Origin: Candidatus Wolframiiraptor gerlachensis | GTDB taxonomy: Archaea > Thermoproteota > Nitrososphaeria_A > Caldarchaeales > Wolframiiraptoraceae | Direction of reading: 5' to 3' | Assembly: GCA_021323375.2 (NCBI GenBank) | Contig: JAJPCT020000007.1 | Coordinates: forward strand, 1 to 36,342 | Length of the DNA stretch: 36,342 nucleotides | In this document: in pieces, positions 1-8,776 of the stretch | How positions within the stretch are numbered: position 1 is the first letter of the stretch | Layout: every line of letters starts with the position of its first letter | Notes under the pieces: model-generated | Databases searched by the model: none | The model's input: only the letters and a program-made list of their open reading frames with translations | Told to the model about the DNA's origin: nothing | Translations under genes and position numbers: made by a program

Positions 1-317
1 TCTGCTGCTAGAGAGTTTAGCCAACTATCAAAGGTGGATCTCCAAAAGTTCAGCATTTTCATTCTGCCTTTTAAAACCCTGCCTTTCGGAGTTATTATCT
101 CAACTCTAGAAAGCTCATTTTTGCATAGTTTTTCACGCGGTATCTTTTTGCCGATAAGCTTCTCAAAATATTCAAACTGGATTCCAGAACAGGGTTTATT
201 CCTTGGGGTCTTAAACTTCTCAATTAATAATGTTTTGAGGCCGCTTTTTGCGGCAAACTTTGCTGCAATAGAGCCAGCTATGCCACCACCCACGACCACT
301 ACATCGTATTCTTCCAC
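1..317 (-). CDS. FAD-dependent oxidoreductase, geranylgeranyl reductase family (5' part; runs off window)
   Basis: Not in the ORF track. Manual translation from GTG at 317 (SD GAGGTGA upstream): MEEYDVVVVGGGIAGSIAAKFAAKSGLKTLLIEK...PRNKPCSG...RSTFDSWL. Shows the Rossmann GxGxxG, KPCxG and RxxFD motifs of GGR-like proteins. Confidence 0.85.
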   Translation of the reverse strand, partial: MEEYDVVVVGGGIAGSIAAKFAAKSGLKTLLIEKFKTPRNKPCSGIQFEYFEKLIGKKIPREKLCKNELSRVEIITPKGRVLKGRMKMLNFWRSTFDSWLNSLAA

Positions 318-468
318 GTCAATCACCTCTTTAGCTTACCCTCTCCTTCCATTAACTTCGGCATAAACCTTTATGCTTTTCATGTTTTATTGGTAGTGGC
401 CCTTATATGTTACTCGAGATATCTTGCTTCGGCTTATAATCAGCGCCTTGATCCGACTGTTTGAAGCT

Positions 469-1587
469 TTACTCCACGCTTATCCCGAATATCATGGAGA
501 ATATTCTTCCTATCATGTATGTCGCGGCTGCTGATCCGAATCCTGCTAGCATCATCTCGAGGATTTTTCTCTTGAGTGGCAGGTTCGCTGAGATGGCGAT
601 TATGAATCCTATTATTGCGAGGGCGGCTCCAGCCGCCGCTATCGAGAGCAGTAGGGATGCTAGTATCGGGAGGCCGAGCAGGTAGGGTGTTATGGGTATG
701 AGCGAGCTTATGAAGTATGCTATGCCCGTATATAGCCCGGCGGAGACCGGCTTTTCTATCGCCTCCTCCCTCAGCCCATGCTCCTCCTCCGCTATCGTCC
801 TCGCTAGCAGGCTCGGGTCTTGGACTATCTCTCCTGCTATGAGGTCGGCAGCCTCCTCCCGATATCCCTTCTTAGCCATGAGCGATCTTATCCTATTCAT
901 GAAGAGCTGGGATGCGTATTTGGCCGCCAGCCTGACCCTCTCTAAGACCCCCTCATGGACTTGCTTCTGGGATTTCGTGGCGGCATATGCCCCGATCCCC
1001 ATGGAGAGGGAGCCAGCTATCGCGACGACCAGCCCGCTTAGACCCACTATGAATGGGTCTCCATATGCTCCCGCGAGGCCCGCCGTGACCGAGAGTGTCT
1101 CCACTAGGCCATCATTCATTCCGAGGACCATGTCCCTGACATGGTTTAGGAGCTCGGTGAATCGCGACTCCTCCTCGGCGAGCTCATGCTCGTGCAGCAG
1201 CTCCTCGGCAAGTATCTCCTCCAATTTTTCCCTCTCATCCTCGGCCATATCCGGGTGCTCAAGCATCATGGCATACATCGTAATCGCATCACGCTCGCCG
1301 CTCTCCATTATCTTGAAGGCGAGCGCAAGGCCTAGAACCCTGATTAGGAAGGCGTGAAACCTCACCTTGAGAGGGCTTACCCGTATTCTATATTCTGCTC
1401 CCCGCCTCTCTAGGAAGCTTCTCCAGAAGCTTAGGTGTTTTCGTTCCATCTCAGCTATCTTTAGGAGCTTTCTCCGGGTATTCTCATCCCGGCTCAGCTT
1501 GGCGGCCGTAGAGTATATCTCTATAGCGAGAGCCTCATCGGCTAAGACCTCCTCAGCTAGGGAAATTAGGCTTGATGAGGTGCTCAT
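469..1587 (-). CDS. Rubrerythrin/ferritin-like N-terminal domain fused to VIT1/CCC1 iron transporter domain (MbfA-like)
   Basis: ExxH di-iron motifs (ERKH, ELLH), then VIT1 signature RDMVLGMNDGLVE...AGSLSMGIGAY and TM helices. Start placed at ATG 1587 to avoid overlapping the upstream gene. Confidence 0.88.
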   Translation of the reverse strand: MSTSSSLISLAEEVLADEALAIEIYSTAAKLSRDENTRRKLLKIAEMERKHLSFWRSFLERRGAEYRIRVSPLKVRFHAFLIRVLGLALAFKIMESGERDAITMYAMMLEHPDMAEDEREKLEEILAEELLHEHELAEEESRFTELLNHVRDMVLGMNDGLVETLSVTAGLAGAYGDPFIVGLSGLVVAIAGSLSMGIGAYAATKSQKQVHEGVLERVRLAAKYASQLFMNRIRSLMAKKGYREEAADLIAGEIVQDPSLLARTIAEEEHGLREEAIEKPVSAGLYTGIAYFISSLIPITPYLLGLPILASLLLSIAAAGAALAIIGFIIAISANLPLKRKILEMMLAGFGSAAATYMIGRIFSMIFGISVE

Positions 1588-1639
1588 GACGTGCTGCGAG
1601 CAAGTAATCATTCTGGCGTATAAGTGCATTTCCATTTTC

Positions 1640-2722
1640 CTAGGCATCCCCCACAATATTCAGCGCGGTATAGATTGTTGCGAGCGTTGAGGGCGCGGCG
1701 AGCTCCGTGGATAATGTTATCCCGGGCGCTAGGTCAAGGACTAGGCTTGCGATCCTGTAGACGCCCTTTGGTATGCCCTCCCTTGATCCTATGAGGAGGT
1801 TTACCCGGCCGCCTCTCGAGAATAGCTCCCTTAGCTTTGGTAGAGCATCTCTTATCTGGAGGCCCTCGGGCTCGAGAACTACCATTGGCTCCTCCCTCCT
1901 CTCCCTCACGAGCTGATATAGATCCTGCACTAGGACCCGGACCTTCTCGATGCTCCGCGCATAGGTCTTCTTCTGGACCGCGTATCTGCTTTCGATCCCC
2001 TCTCTTACCCCGGCTATGAATGCCTCCAGCTCGAAGGCATTGACCGGCTTATTAGGCGCGATGACAAGCTCCCCAACCTCATATGCTTGGACCGCTCGCC
2101 CTATCCTCCTACCAATCTCCCTCGCGCCCTCAATCGAGCCTAGATACGGCATCTGGACGATCGAGATCCTGTTGAATATCCTGAAGCTCGGCCTCTTCTC
2201 CGGCGTCATCTTCCTCCATTCACGCTCACCCCTCACAACACCTATCGCAGCCCTCTCGAGGATTATCTCCACATGAATCACCACATCCGGGTTCTCGAGG
2301 TCAACTCTCGCTCCAGTCTCTGCCTGGACGGCCGCTCCAACCCTCACATTCACGTCGAAGCTCGTGAAATCATGCCTGCCCCTTCTCACTGTTCTAATGG
2401 CAAAGCTATCATCCTCCTTGATCATATTCCTTGCGAGGCCGACCGCGGCCTCAACGATCCTATTGAGATCAGCCTCGACCACCGCGTCAACCTTTATCAC
2501 CGACTCCGCTTCAGGGATCTCCCTTAATATCAGCTCCTTGAGGATCTCGGCATCATGGCATGATTCGACTATCACGAGGCCCTTCAGCCCGCCTGGGCGC
2601 GCTCTAACCTCAGCGCCTGGATCGAGCTCCATTATCCTCGCGGCCACAACATTCTCCAAGTCTAGCGGCGTCTTCACTATAAGTCTCAAAATCTCGAGCC
2701 CCCCGAGGGAAGATCGTGTCAC
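1640..2722 (-). CDS. THUMP-domain SPOUT-family RNA methyltransferase
   Basis: THUMP motifs SFAIRTVRRGRHDFTS and VDLENPDVVIHVEI; C-terminal SPOUT knot-like LLIGSREGIP...LDLAPGITLSTE. Confidence 0.8.
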   Translation of the reverse strand: MTRSSLGGLEILRLIVKTPLDLENVVAARIMELDPGAEVRARPGGLKGLVIVESCHDAEILKELILREIPEAESVIKVDAVVEADLNRIVEAAVGLARNMIKEDDSFAIRTVRRGRHDFTSFDVNVRVGAAVQAETGARVDLENPDVVIHVEIILERAAIGVVRGEREWRKMTPEKRPSFRIFNRISIVQMPYLGSIEGAREIGRRIGRAVQAYEVGELVIAPNKPVNAFELEAFIAGVREGIESRYAVQKKTYARSIEKVRVLVQDLYQLVRERREEPMVVLEPEGLQIRDALPKLRELFSRGGRVNLLIGSREGIPKGVYRIASLVLDLAPGITLSTELAAPSTLATIYTALNIVGDA

Positions 2723-2800
2723 GAGCCTAGATAAAGCATGATCTAGGGGCGCAAAAAGGATATAGGTATCCGCACCCGAGAAGATAAGGTGACTTATGGG

Positions 2801-3076
2801 ATGAGCCGGGATCAGTTGATAGGGGCGGCGATAATGCTCTGCGCAATCGCTGGCATAATAATCTACGGCTGGATAATGTTCTTCACAGCATGGGATATAA
2901 TACTCCTCAAGATAACAGGCTTCATAGCGATCGCTGGAGTCCTTGGGATACTAGCATGGATAGGATACACACTCGCAACAACCCCGCCCCCCAAGCCGAT
3001 CGAGGAGATAGAAAAGGAGCTTGAGAAAGAGCTTAAGGAGATGGAGGCAAAAGAGGGAGCATCAGGAGGCGAGTAA
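2801..3076 (+). CDS. Conserved small two-TM archaeal membrane protein with charged C-terminal tail
   Basis: Two hydrophobic helices, then WIGYTLATTPPPKPIEEIEKE. SD GGTGA before ATG 2801. Confidence 0.75.
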   Translation: MSRDQLIGAAIMLCAIAGIIIYGWIMFFTAWDIILLKITGFIAIAGVLGILAWIGYTLATTPPPKPIEEIEKELEKELKEMEAKEGASGGE

Positions 3077-3149
3077 GCTCCCGATACCCTCACACCCGCT
3101 TTCCCGAACTCTTGTTCAAATGTAGATTGATGTGAGAGGGAAGATGTTG

Positions 3150-3226
3150 TGGCGCCCTGGCCGGGATTTGAACCCGGGTCACGGGCTCGACAGGCCCGTA
3201 TACTAACCGGACTATACTACCAGGGC
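3150..3226 (-). tRNA. tRNA-Asp(GTC), CCA encoded
   Basis: Reverse complement GCCCTGG-TA-GTATAGTCCGGTTAGTAT-A-CGGGC-CTGTCGA-GCCCG-TGAC-CCGGG-TTCAAAT-CCCGG-CCAGGGC-G-CCA forms a full cloverleaf. Confidence 0.97.
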
Positions 3227-3318
3227 AGCGCCATTTACTATCTATCTGCCTTTACTACCCCCGTTTTTATTTAAGCCTTATCTTCACCTTTCTCATGTCT
3301 ACATTGTCAGTTTGGGAT

Positions 3319-3475
3319 AAAAGGAAGTAGGGGGTGTATGCTGGCCAGCGAGCCATCGTAGCCGGCCCGGCGGGCAGGGCCTCAAACCACCGTGGATCCA
3401 TGAGCCATGGATACACAGCAGGCTGGTAGTATCACCACTGGCCACCAGCTTTTACTGCCCGCCGGACAGCATACA
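3319..3475 (-). ncRNA. Putative structured ncRNA, homolog of the RNA at 29039-29202
   Basis: Minus strand: TGTATGCTGTCCGGCGGGC pairs with GCTCGCTGGCCAGCATACA; internal loop AGTAAA/ACGATG; stem AGCTGG/CCGGCT; inner hairpin GTGTATCCATG/CATGGATCCAC; C-rich plus TTCCTTTTA tail. Confidence 0.65.
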
Positions 3476-3587
3476 TTGCTTTTGCCGCTGCCATGCCCTC
3501 TTCAAAATTTTTAGAATTCTCAGCTGTAGCGTATAAAGGATCCTGTTTTGTGGTGTGTGATTTACGCCCTCAAAAAGCCTCACTCAC
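3452..3587 (-). pseudogene. Internally deleted remnant of the IS110/Nop-like gene (N-terminal MSEAF joined to the last ~40 codons)
   Basis: Frame 3574-3452 reads FEGVNHTPQNRILYTLQLRILKILKRAWQRQKQCMLSGGQ*, ungapped against EIVNSLPNNQAIFRLELLTLKILRKAY of 28188-29054 (12/27 identical). GTG AGT GAG GCT TTT at 3587 resembles the start ATG AGT AGG GCT GTT TTC. Confidence 0.8.
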
Positions 3588-3588
3588 T

Positions 3589-3741
3589 TCACATCACCCC
3601 CTCGAGCAGATCCTTGAGTTCATCGCATAGCGCCCTCATCATAGATTCTCTAATATGCTGGGCATAAGCCTTGACGAGATCCTCGAGCATAAACATCCCA
3701 GCCAAGACCTTGGCAACCATATTCACAGCATCCCCCAACAT
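3589..3741 (-). CDS. Small helical protein (50 aa), homolog of 27951-28184
   Basis: Below the ORF-track cutoff: MLGDAVNMVAKVLAGMFMLEDLVKAYAQHIRESMMRALCDELKDLLEGVM*. Purine-rich SD AAGAAGGGGG. Shares YA-x2-[LI]-x3-[LM]M-x2-L-x2-E[IL]-x-[DE]LLE with 27951-28184. Confidence 0.6.
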   Translation of the reverse strand: MLGDAVNMVAKVLAGMFMLEDLVKAYAQHIRESMMRALCDELKDLLEGVM

Positions 3742-4232
3742 GACCCCCTTCTTTCTTTGTTGAGGACTATTCCGAAAATGGGGCCATTATGATAAGGGTG
3801 ACTAGTTTGAAGCGGCTAGGCTGAGGCTACATGAGAAAAGTCCATAAAAAGTTATTCAAGGAAGATGAGTCCTCTGAAAGATCCTATACTATCGCTGTTG
3901 AGGGGGCTAAGGAGGGTCTCAGAGGGAAAAGAAGACGGATAGTCCAAGTGATATGCCTGAAAATAATGATTACAGTAGAGAGAATAGCGATATTAAGTAT
4001 AGTATTTCTAGATTCCTATATTCTTTAATGAGTATGTTATGTGTTATGTGGAAAGGTATATGAAAAGCCGGATTTTCACTATCTATGAACTGGATACCAA
4101 GGCTTCAAGATAATTTGCTGATCAGCTCTTTATCAACCTTGAGCTTGGATGGGATGAGAGCTGGAAAAGGACGTAAGATCGCTATAATTTAGTTTTTCAA
4201 GGGGTATTGTTTAGCAAAATTGCTTTTAAGTG

Positions 4233-4324
4233 AGCCCGGGAGGGGATTTGAACCCCTGTAGAGCGGGTCACCGCGCTTGGGGCGGGTCTGCAGCCCGCCG
4301 CCTGTACCACTCGGCCACCCGGGC
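4233..4324 (-). tRNA. tRNA-Cys(GCA) with 19-nt intron at 37/38 (4269-4287); CCA not encoded
   Basis: GCCCGGG acceptor stem, U73, anticodon arm GCGGG-CTGCAG|A-CCCGC, T-arm AGGGG-TTCAAAT-CCCCT. Intron end GCGG pairs with exon CUGC (relaxed BHB). Confidence 0.92.
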
Positions 4325-4448
4325 TCTCGTCTCAATTTTCTTCTAGCAAGCCACTATTTTTAATATTTTCGCTGCTTTCTTGGGCGGCATATTGTTTTTC
4401 GCGGAGTTTATTTTAAGGGGTGGGGCTGTGATTTTCGTGGGTGCGGGG

Positions 4449-5228
4449 TTGCTGAGGCGTAGGAGCCTTTTGAAGCTCTTGAGGGAGAGAAGAAGTATCC
4501 GAGTTTTCAAGAGGGCCCGTATGCCGGATGATGTCGCGAGGCTTATTGTTGAGGCGGGTGTTAGGGCTCCAAGCTACTTGCATCTCCAAGAATACTCGAT
4601 AATAATTGTGGCCGATGAAAATCTTAGGGGTGAGGTTGCAAAGCTTTGCGAGGGCCAGAATGAGCTGATAATGAATGCTGCGGCGATCTTCCTAATATGC
4701 GCTGACTTGAATAGGCCCGCGAGGATGCTCAGCCTTCTCGGGCACCTGAATATCTTGAGGTCTAACAAGCATCCGGTCGAGTCGATCTTGGCCGTCTTTG
4801 ACGCCGGCCTCGTGACGGCGTTCATGATTATGGCCGCTGAGATAATGGGCTATGGCTCAGCAATACTCTATCACCCGATAGTTTATCCAAGCGAGTTCGC
4901 GAGGCTCTTCCAACTCCCTCCAGGCGTTACACCTCTAATCCTCCTCTGTGTCGGTGAAAGGGGCGAGGCTCCCCCACTTAGGCCAAGGCTCCCCCTAGAC
5001 CTAGTCTTCTTCAGGAACTTCTATCGGGAAGCTGGGAACGAGGATCTCAAGAAGCATTTGAAGGAGCTCGATGAGGCGATGAGGAGAGAGGATTACGTGA
5101 GGAAGTATGCTGGCCTCGACATGGATTATCTCGAGTATCTCAAGCTCATGACAACGTTTAATGATGAGACGAAGAAGACCTATGATGCTGTTGAGAGGTT
5201 CCTGAAGGAGAACTTGATGAGATTTTAG
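4449..5228 (+). CDS. Nitroreductase family protein (NfsA/FRP-like)
   Basis: RRSIRVF, RAPS..HLQEYSIIIV, DAGL...AAEIMGYG, LCVG and RPRLP motifs. Start uncertain (4380, 4428 or 4449). Confidence 0.88.
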   Translation: MLRRRSLLKLLRERRSIRVFKRARMPDDVARLIVEAGVRAPSYLHLQEYSIIIVADENLRGEVAKLCEGQNELIMNAAAIFLICADLNRPARMLSLLGHLNILRSNKHPVESILAVFDAGLVTAFMIMAAEIMGYGSAILYHPIVYPSEFARLFQLPPGVTPLILLCVGERGEAPPLRPRLPLDLVFFRNFYREAGNEDLKKHLKELDEAMRREDYVRKYAGLDMDYLEYLKLMTTFNDETKKTYDAVERFLKENLMRF

Positions 5229-5274
5229 CATTCTTGGGAAGGTTAATTTAGCCTCGTGGTTATGGGTTTACGGC

Positions 5275-6333
5275 ATGGAGGAGGCGGTCAGGGTTCTAGC
5301 CGAGTATGCTGAGCTCGTCAATGAGGTGCTCGAGAAATATATCCCGAGAAGAGTTGATGAGAGGTGGCTTAGCCGGATTCTCGGAGCCCCCGAGTATGCC
5401 TATGAAGTTGAGTCCCTGAATAAGGGGGTTTTCGAGCCGTTCTGGGATCTTGCTGATCGGGGTGGCAAGAGGTGGAGGCCTGCCCTGATGCTCATGATCT
5501 ATGAGGCTCTTGGAGGAGATCCTAGGGAGATCGCGCCGCTGACCGTGATCCCCGAGGCGATTCATAACGGGACCCTAGCGGTTGATGATGTTGAGGATGG
5601 TAGTGAGTTTAGGAGGGGAAAACCATGCATACATAGGATCTATGGCGAGGATATAGCGATAAACATGGGCAACACGATGTATTATCTCCCGCTCCTAGTA
5701 TTGGATGAGGTTGCGATCCCGGATGAGAAGAAGCTGAGGATACTTGAGGAGTATGTGAGGACTATGATCAAGTTGAGCTTCGGGCAGGCCATGGATATCG
5801 CGTGGCACAGGGGGCTCGTGAAGGAGGTAAATGAGAGCCAGTATCTCCAGATGACATTATTCAAGACAGGTGCTCTAGCGGGGTTTGCGGCCAGGATAGC
5901 CGCGATAATGGCTGACGCGCCCGAGGAGAGGGCGAGGATGATCCAGAGGTTCGCGGAGCTGATAGCCGTCGCATTTCAGATACAGGATGATATCCTCAAT
6001 CTCGTCGGCGATGAGGCGAAGTATGGGAAGGAGATAGGTGGCGATATAACGGAGGGTAAGAGGACGTTGATGGTCATCCACGCGCTCAGGAATCTTCCAG
6101 CCAATGAGGCTGAAAGGCTCAGGCAAATACTCGATATGAGAACGAGCGATAAGCGCCTGATCATGAATGCGATACAGCTGATAAAGAAGGCCGGGAGCAT
6201 AGATTACGCAAGAGGGGTCTCGGAGAAGCTCGCGATAGAGGCTCTGGAGATCCTGAGAAGATGCCTGCCCGAGTCGGAGAGCAGGAGGAAACTTGAGATC
6301 CTCGCGGAGTTCCTGATAAGGAGGGAGTTCTAG
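5275..6333 (+). CDS. Polyprenyl synthetase (geranylgeranyl diphosphate synthase-like)
   Basis: GGKRWRP, first Asp-rich motif DDVED..RRG, GQAMD, KT, second motif FQIQDDILN, GDITEGKRT. Confidence 0.93.
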   Translation: MEEAVRVLAEYAELVNEVLEKYIPRRVDERWLSRILGAPEYAYEVESLNKGVFEPFWDLADRGGKRWRPALMLMIYEALGGDPREIAPLTVIPEAIHNGTLAVDDVEDGSEFRRGKPCIHRIYGEDIAINMGNTMYYLPLLVLDEVAIPDEKKLRILEEYVRTMIKLSFGQAMDIAWHRGLVKEVNESQYLQMTLFKTGALAGFAARIAAIMADAPEERARMIQRFAELIAVAFQIQDDILNLVGDEAKYGKEIGGDITEGKRTLMVIHALRNLPANEAERLRQILDMRTSDKRLIMNAIQLIKKAGSIDYARGVSEKLAIEALEILRRCLPESESRRKLEILAEFLIRREF

Positions 6334-6375
6334 GGGCTGGGAAGATTTATTCCCGGATTAAGCTAGCTTATTCTC

Positions 6376-6870
6376 ATGAGCTCTGAGGTGAGGTTTGAGG
6401 TAGTTGAGGTCAAGATCCCAGAGGGCTGTAATGTCATCTTCGGGATAAGCCATTTCATCAAGACCGTCGAGGATATTTACGAGGCCTTCGTGAACACTGT
6501 TCCCGGCGCGAGGTTTGGGCTAGCGTTCGCCGAGGCGAGCGGCCCATGCCTGATAAGGCATGAGGGGACGGATGAGGAGCTTAGGAAGCTCGCCGCCGAG
6601 ACTCTTCTCAGGATAGGATGCGGCCACACATTCATCGTCTTCATGCGGGGCATGTATCCGATTAACGTCATGGAGAGGCTCAAGTCTGTCCCCGAGGTCT
6701 GCACGATACTCGCGGCCACAGCCAACCCGCTCCAGATAATCGTCGCCGAGACGAGCCAGGGAAGAGGGGTCGTCGCCGTCATCGATGGCTATAAGCCGAA
6801 GGGAATAGAGACCGAGAAGGACATCAAGGAGAGGAGGGAGTTCCTCAGGAAGATAGGCTACAAGTTTTAG
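6376..6870 (+). CDS. Adenosine-specific kinase family protein (COG1839-like)
   Basis: [55 protein letters not shown]. Confidence 0.88.
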   Translation: MSSEVRFEVVEVKIPEGCNVIFGISHFIKTVEDIYEAFVNTVPGARFGLAFAEASGPCLIRHEGTDEELRKLAAETLLRIGCGHTFIVFMRGMYPINVMERLKSVPEVCTILAATANPLQIIVAETSQGRGVVAVIDGYKPKGIETEKDIKERREFLRKIGYKF

Positions 6871-6924
6871 CGCTGCTCCCCGCAACCCCTCTTCCTTAAA
6901 TAGAGTTCCGGGGGAGTCATCCTC

Positions 6925-7323
6925 GTGCATGAGTGGGCTTTAGCCGAGGCAGTAGTATCAACGATCTCGAGGATAGCTTCTGAAAAGGGCTTGGGAGAAG
7001 TCATAGAAGTGACTATTAGGATCGGCGAGCTCCAGCAAATAGACCTAGATGCCTTCAAGTTCGCTCTAGAGCAGCTTAGCAGCCAATACTCCATACGCGC
7101 CAAGTTCGAGTTTAGGGAGGAGAGGGCAGAGTTCAGGTGCAGGGTCTGCGGCGAGACCTGGCCCTTTAAGAAGGAGGATCTCGGTCCAGATATCAGCGAA
7201 GCGATCCATGTAATACCGGAGGTTGCTCATGCTTTTCTCAGATGCCCGAGATGCGGCAGCCCCGACTTCGAGGTTGTTAGAGGTAGAGGGATCTGGATCG
7301 AGAGCATAAGGGGAGGGGGATAA
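6925..7323 (+). CDS. hypA: Hydrogenase nickel metallochaperone HypA
   Basis: N-terminal MHE Ni motif, IGELQQID, two CxxC (CRVC, CPRC) separated by a Thermococcus-type insertion. Confidence 0.95.
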   Translation: MHEWALAEAVVSTISRIASEKGLGEVIEVTIRIGELQQIDLDAFKFALEQLSSQYSIRAKFEFREERAEFRCRVCGETWPFKKEDLGPDISEAIHVIPEVAHAFLRCPRCGSPDFEVVRGRGIWIESIRGGG

Positions 7324-8060
7324 TGATGCTGGATCCTAGGCTGAGCGTGATCGAGGATAGGCTTAAGGGCGTCGACAGGATAATAGCCGTCTCGAGCGGC
7401 AAGGGCGGGGTTGGAAAGAGCCTGATAGCCGCCACCACCGCACTACTACTCTCGGAAAGGGGGCTTCGCGCCGGGCTACTCGACCTAGACTTCACAAACC
7501 CCTCCAGCAACGTAATCCTAGGAGTGAGCGCCGCCCATCCAATCGAGGATAAAGGCATGATACCACCCGAGATTCATGGCGTCAAGTATATGTCGATAAC
7601 ATTCTTCTCGGGTGAGGAGGTGATGCCGCTTAGGGGCGGAGATGCGACAAACGCGTTCATCGAGGTGCTGGCCCTAACCAGATGGGGTAACTTAGACTAT
7701 CTCATAGTGGATACTCCGCCGGGCCTCGGGGACATACTACTAGACCTGCTCAAACTAATCAGGAGACTAATGTTCCTCGTGGTTACCACGCCCTCTAGGC
7801 TCTCTCTAGAGACTGTGAGAAAGCTCCTAGCCCTGCTTAGAGGCGTCCGAGCCCCGGTGATAGGCGTCATTGAGAACATGCTCACAGATATATCAATTTC
7901 TGTGAAGGGCGAGGTGGAGAGGATCGGGGCCAGGTTCCTCGGATCATTACCATTCGACCCAAGAGTTGATGGGGTGCTTGGCAACCCGAAAAAGCTCCTA
8001 GAAACCAAGTTCGCCGAGAAGCTCTCAGAGATACTCGATCAGGCTTTGAAGATCACTTAA
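7323..8060 (+). CDS. Mrp/MinD-family ATPase, probably the Mrp-type HypB partner of HypA
   Basis: SGKGGVGKS deviant Walker A, DLD, DTPPG, ENM. No CxxC after ENM. Coupled to hypA by a TAATG overlap. Confidence 0.85.
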   Translation: MMLDPRLSVIEDRLKGVDRIIAVSSGKGGVGKSLIAATTALLLSERGLRAGLLDLDFTNPSSNVILGVSAAHPIEDKGMIPPEIHGVKYMSITFFSGEEVMPLRGGDATNAFIEVLALTRWGNLDYLIVDTPPGLGDILLDLLKLIRRLMFLVVTTPSRLSLETVRKLLALLRGVRAPVIGVIENMLTDISISVKGEVERIGARFLGSLPFDPRVDGVLGNPKKLLETKFAEKLSEILDQALKIT

Positions 8061-8520
8061 GCCTGCCTATCGGTATCAGGGGCTTCGTCCCGAAGAGCCT
8101 ATTATGCTCCTTCATAATACACCTATTCCACACGACGATTATGTTATTTCTCCTAAGCATCTCGGCCGCCTCGCGATTATAAATCCCCTCCTGCATCCAG
8201 AAAACCTTGGGCCTAAACCTCATTAAGAGGGCGTGCTCCGCGACCCATGGAATATCGCTCGAGGGCCTAAAGACATTCACCACATCAACTGGAGTCTCGA
8301 TCTCTAGCAGAGACCTATACGCCTTTAGGCCAAGAATGCTCTCAACATTCGGGTTTACCGGGATAACCTCATAGCCCTGCCTCATAAGGAACTTCGGGAC
8401 AAAATGCGACGGCTTCGAGGGATCACGTGAGAAACCGACAACCGCTATCCTCCTAGCCTCGGATAGAATCCTCCTAAGCTCCTCATCACTCAAACCATCT
8501 GATGGAATGATCTCCGGCAT
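8053..8520 (-). CDS. CoA-binding protein (YccU-like)
   Basis: IAVVGFSRDPSKPS, GYEVIPVNP, VDVVNVFR, WMQEGI, RCIMKEH. Confidence 0.9.
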   Translation of the reverse strand: MPEIIPSDGLSDEELRRILSEARRIAVVGFSRDPSKPSHFVPKFLMRQGYEVIPVNPNVESILGLKAYRSLLEIETPVDVVNVFRPSSDIPWVAEHALLMRFRPKVFWMQEGIYNREAAEMLRRNNIIVVWNRCIMKEHNRLFGTKPLIPIGRLK

Positions 8521-8592
8521 CCAGCCTCTATCTCAATATATGACCCTGTTATTAAACCATTACATGCTTCGGGAGATTTTAGGGGATGGATG

Positions 8593-8688
8593 TGGGGCCG
8601 CTGGGATCTGTTCCGGCCCCTCGGCCGATTGAACCCAGGACCTCGCGGGCCCGAGCCGCGAATCATAGCCAAGCTAGACCACGGCCCC
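8593..8688 (-). tRNA. tRNA-Pro(CGG) with 21-nt non-canonical T-loop intron at 58/59 (8608-8628)
   Basis: GGGGCCG/CGGCCCC acceptor stem; anticodon arm CGCGG-CTCGGGC-CCGCG; T-loop TTCAA[TCGGCCGAGGGGCCGGAACAG]AT with a BHB motif. Confidence 0.93.
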
Positions 8689-8776
8689 AGCGATTGAAAG
8701 ATAATGCTATCCGTATTTAGGGTTAACCATGACCTGTTTATAGGTTTTGGAGCTTGTATGGTTGAGGCCTGCTACT

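Noticed and set aside
34-366. Plus-strand 110-aa ORF
   Set aside because: Shadow of the minus-strand FAD oxidoreductase, which carries clear motifs.
692-1690. Long plus-strand Ser-rich ORFs (and similar antisense ORFs throughout the window)
   Set aside because: Typical antisense shadows of well-supported genes.
3831-4028. 65-aa ORF in the AT-rich stretch
   Set aside because: No motif, SD or homolog in the window; probably spurious or decayed.
4233-4324. tRNA-Sec interpretation linked to the in-frame TGA at 20346
   Set aside because: Anticodon is GCA with U73 and a 7-bp acceptor stem; the extra sequence is explained by an intron.
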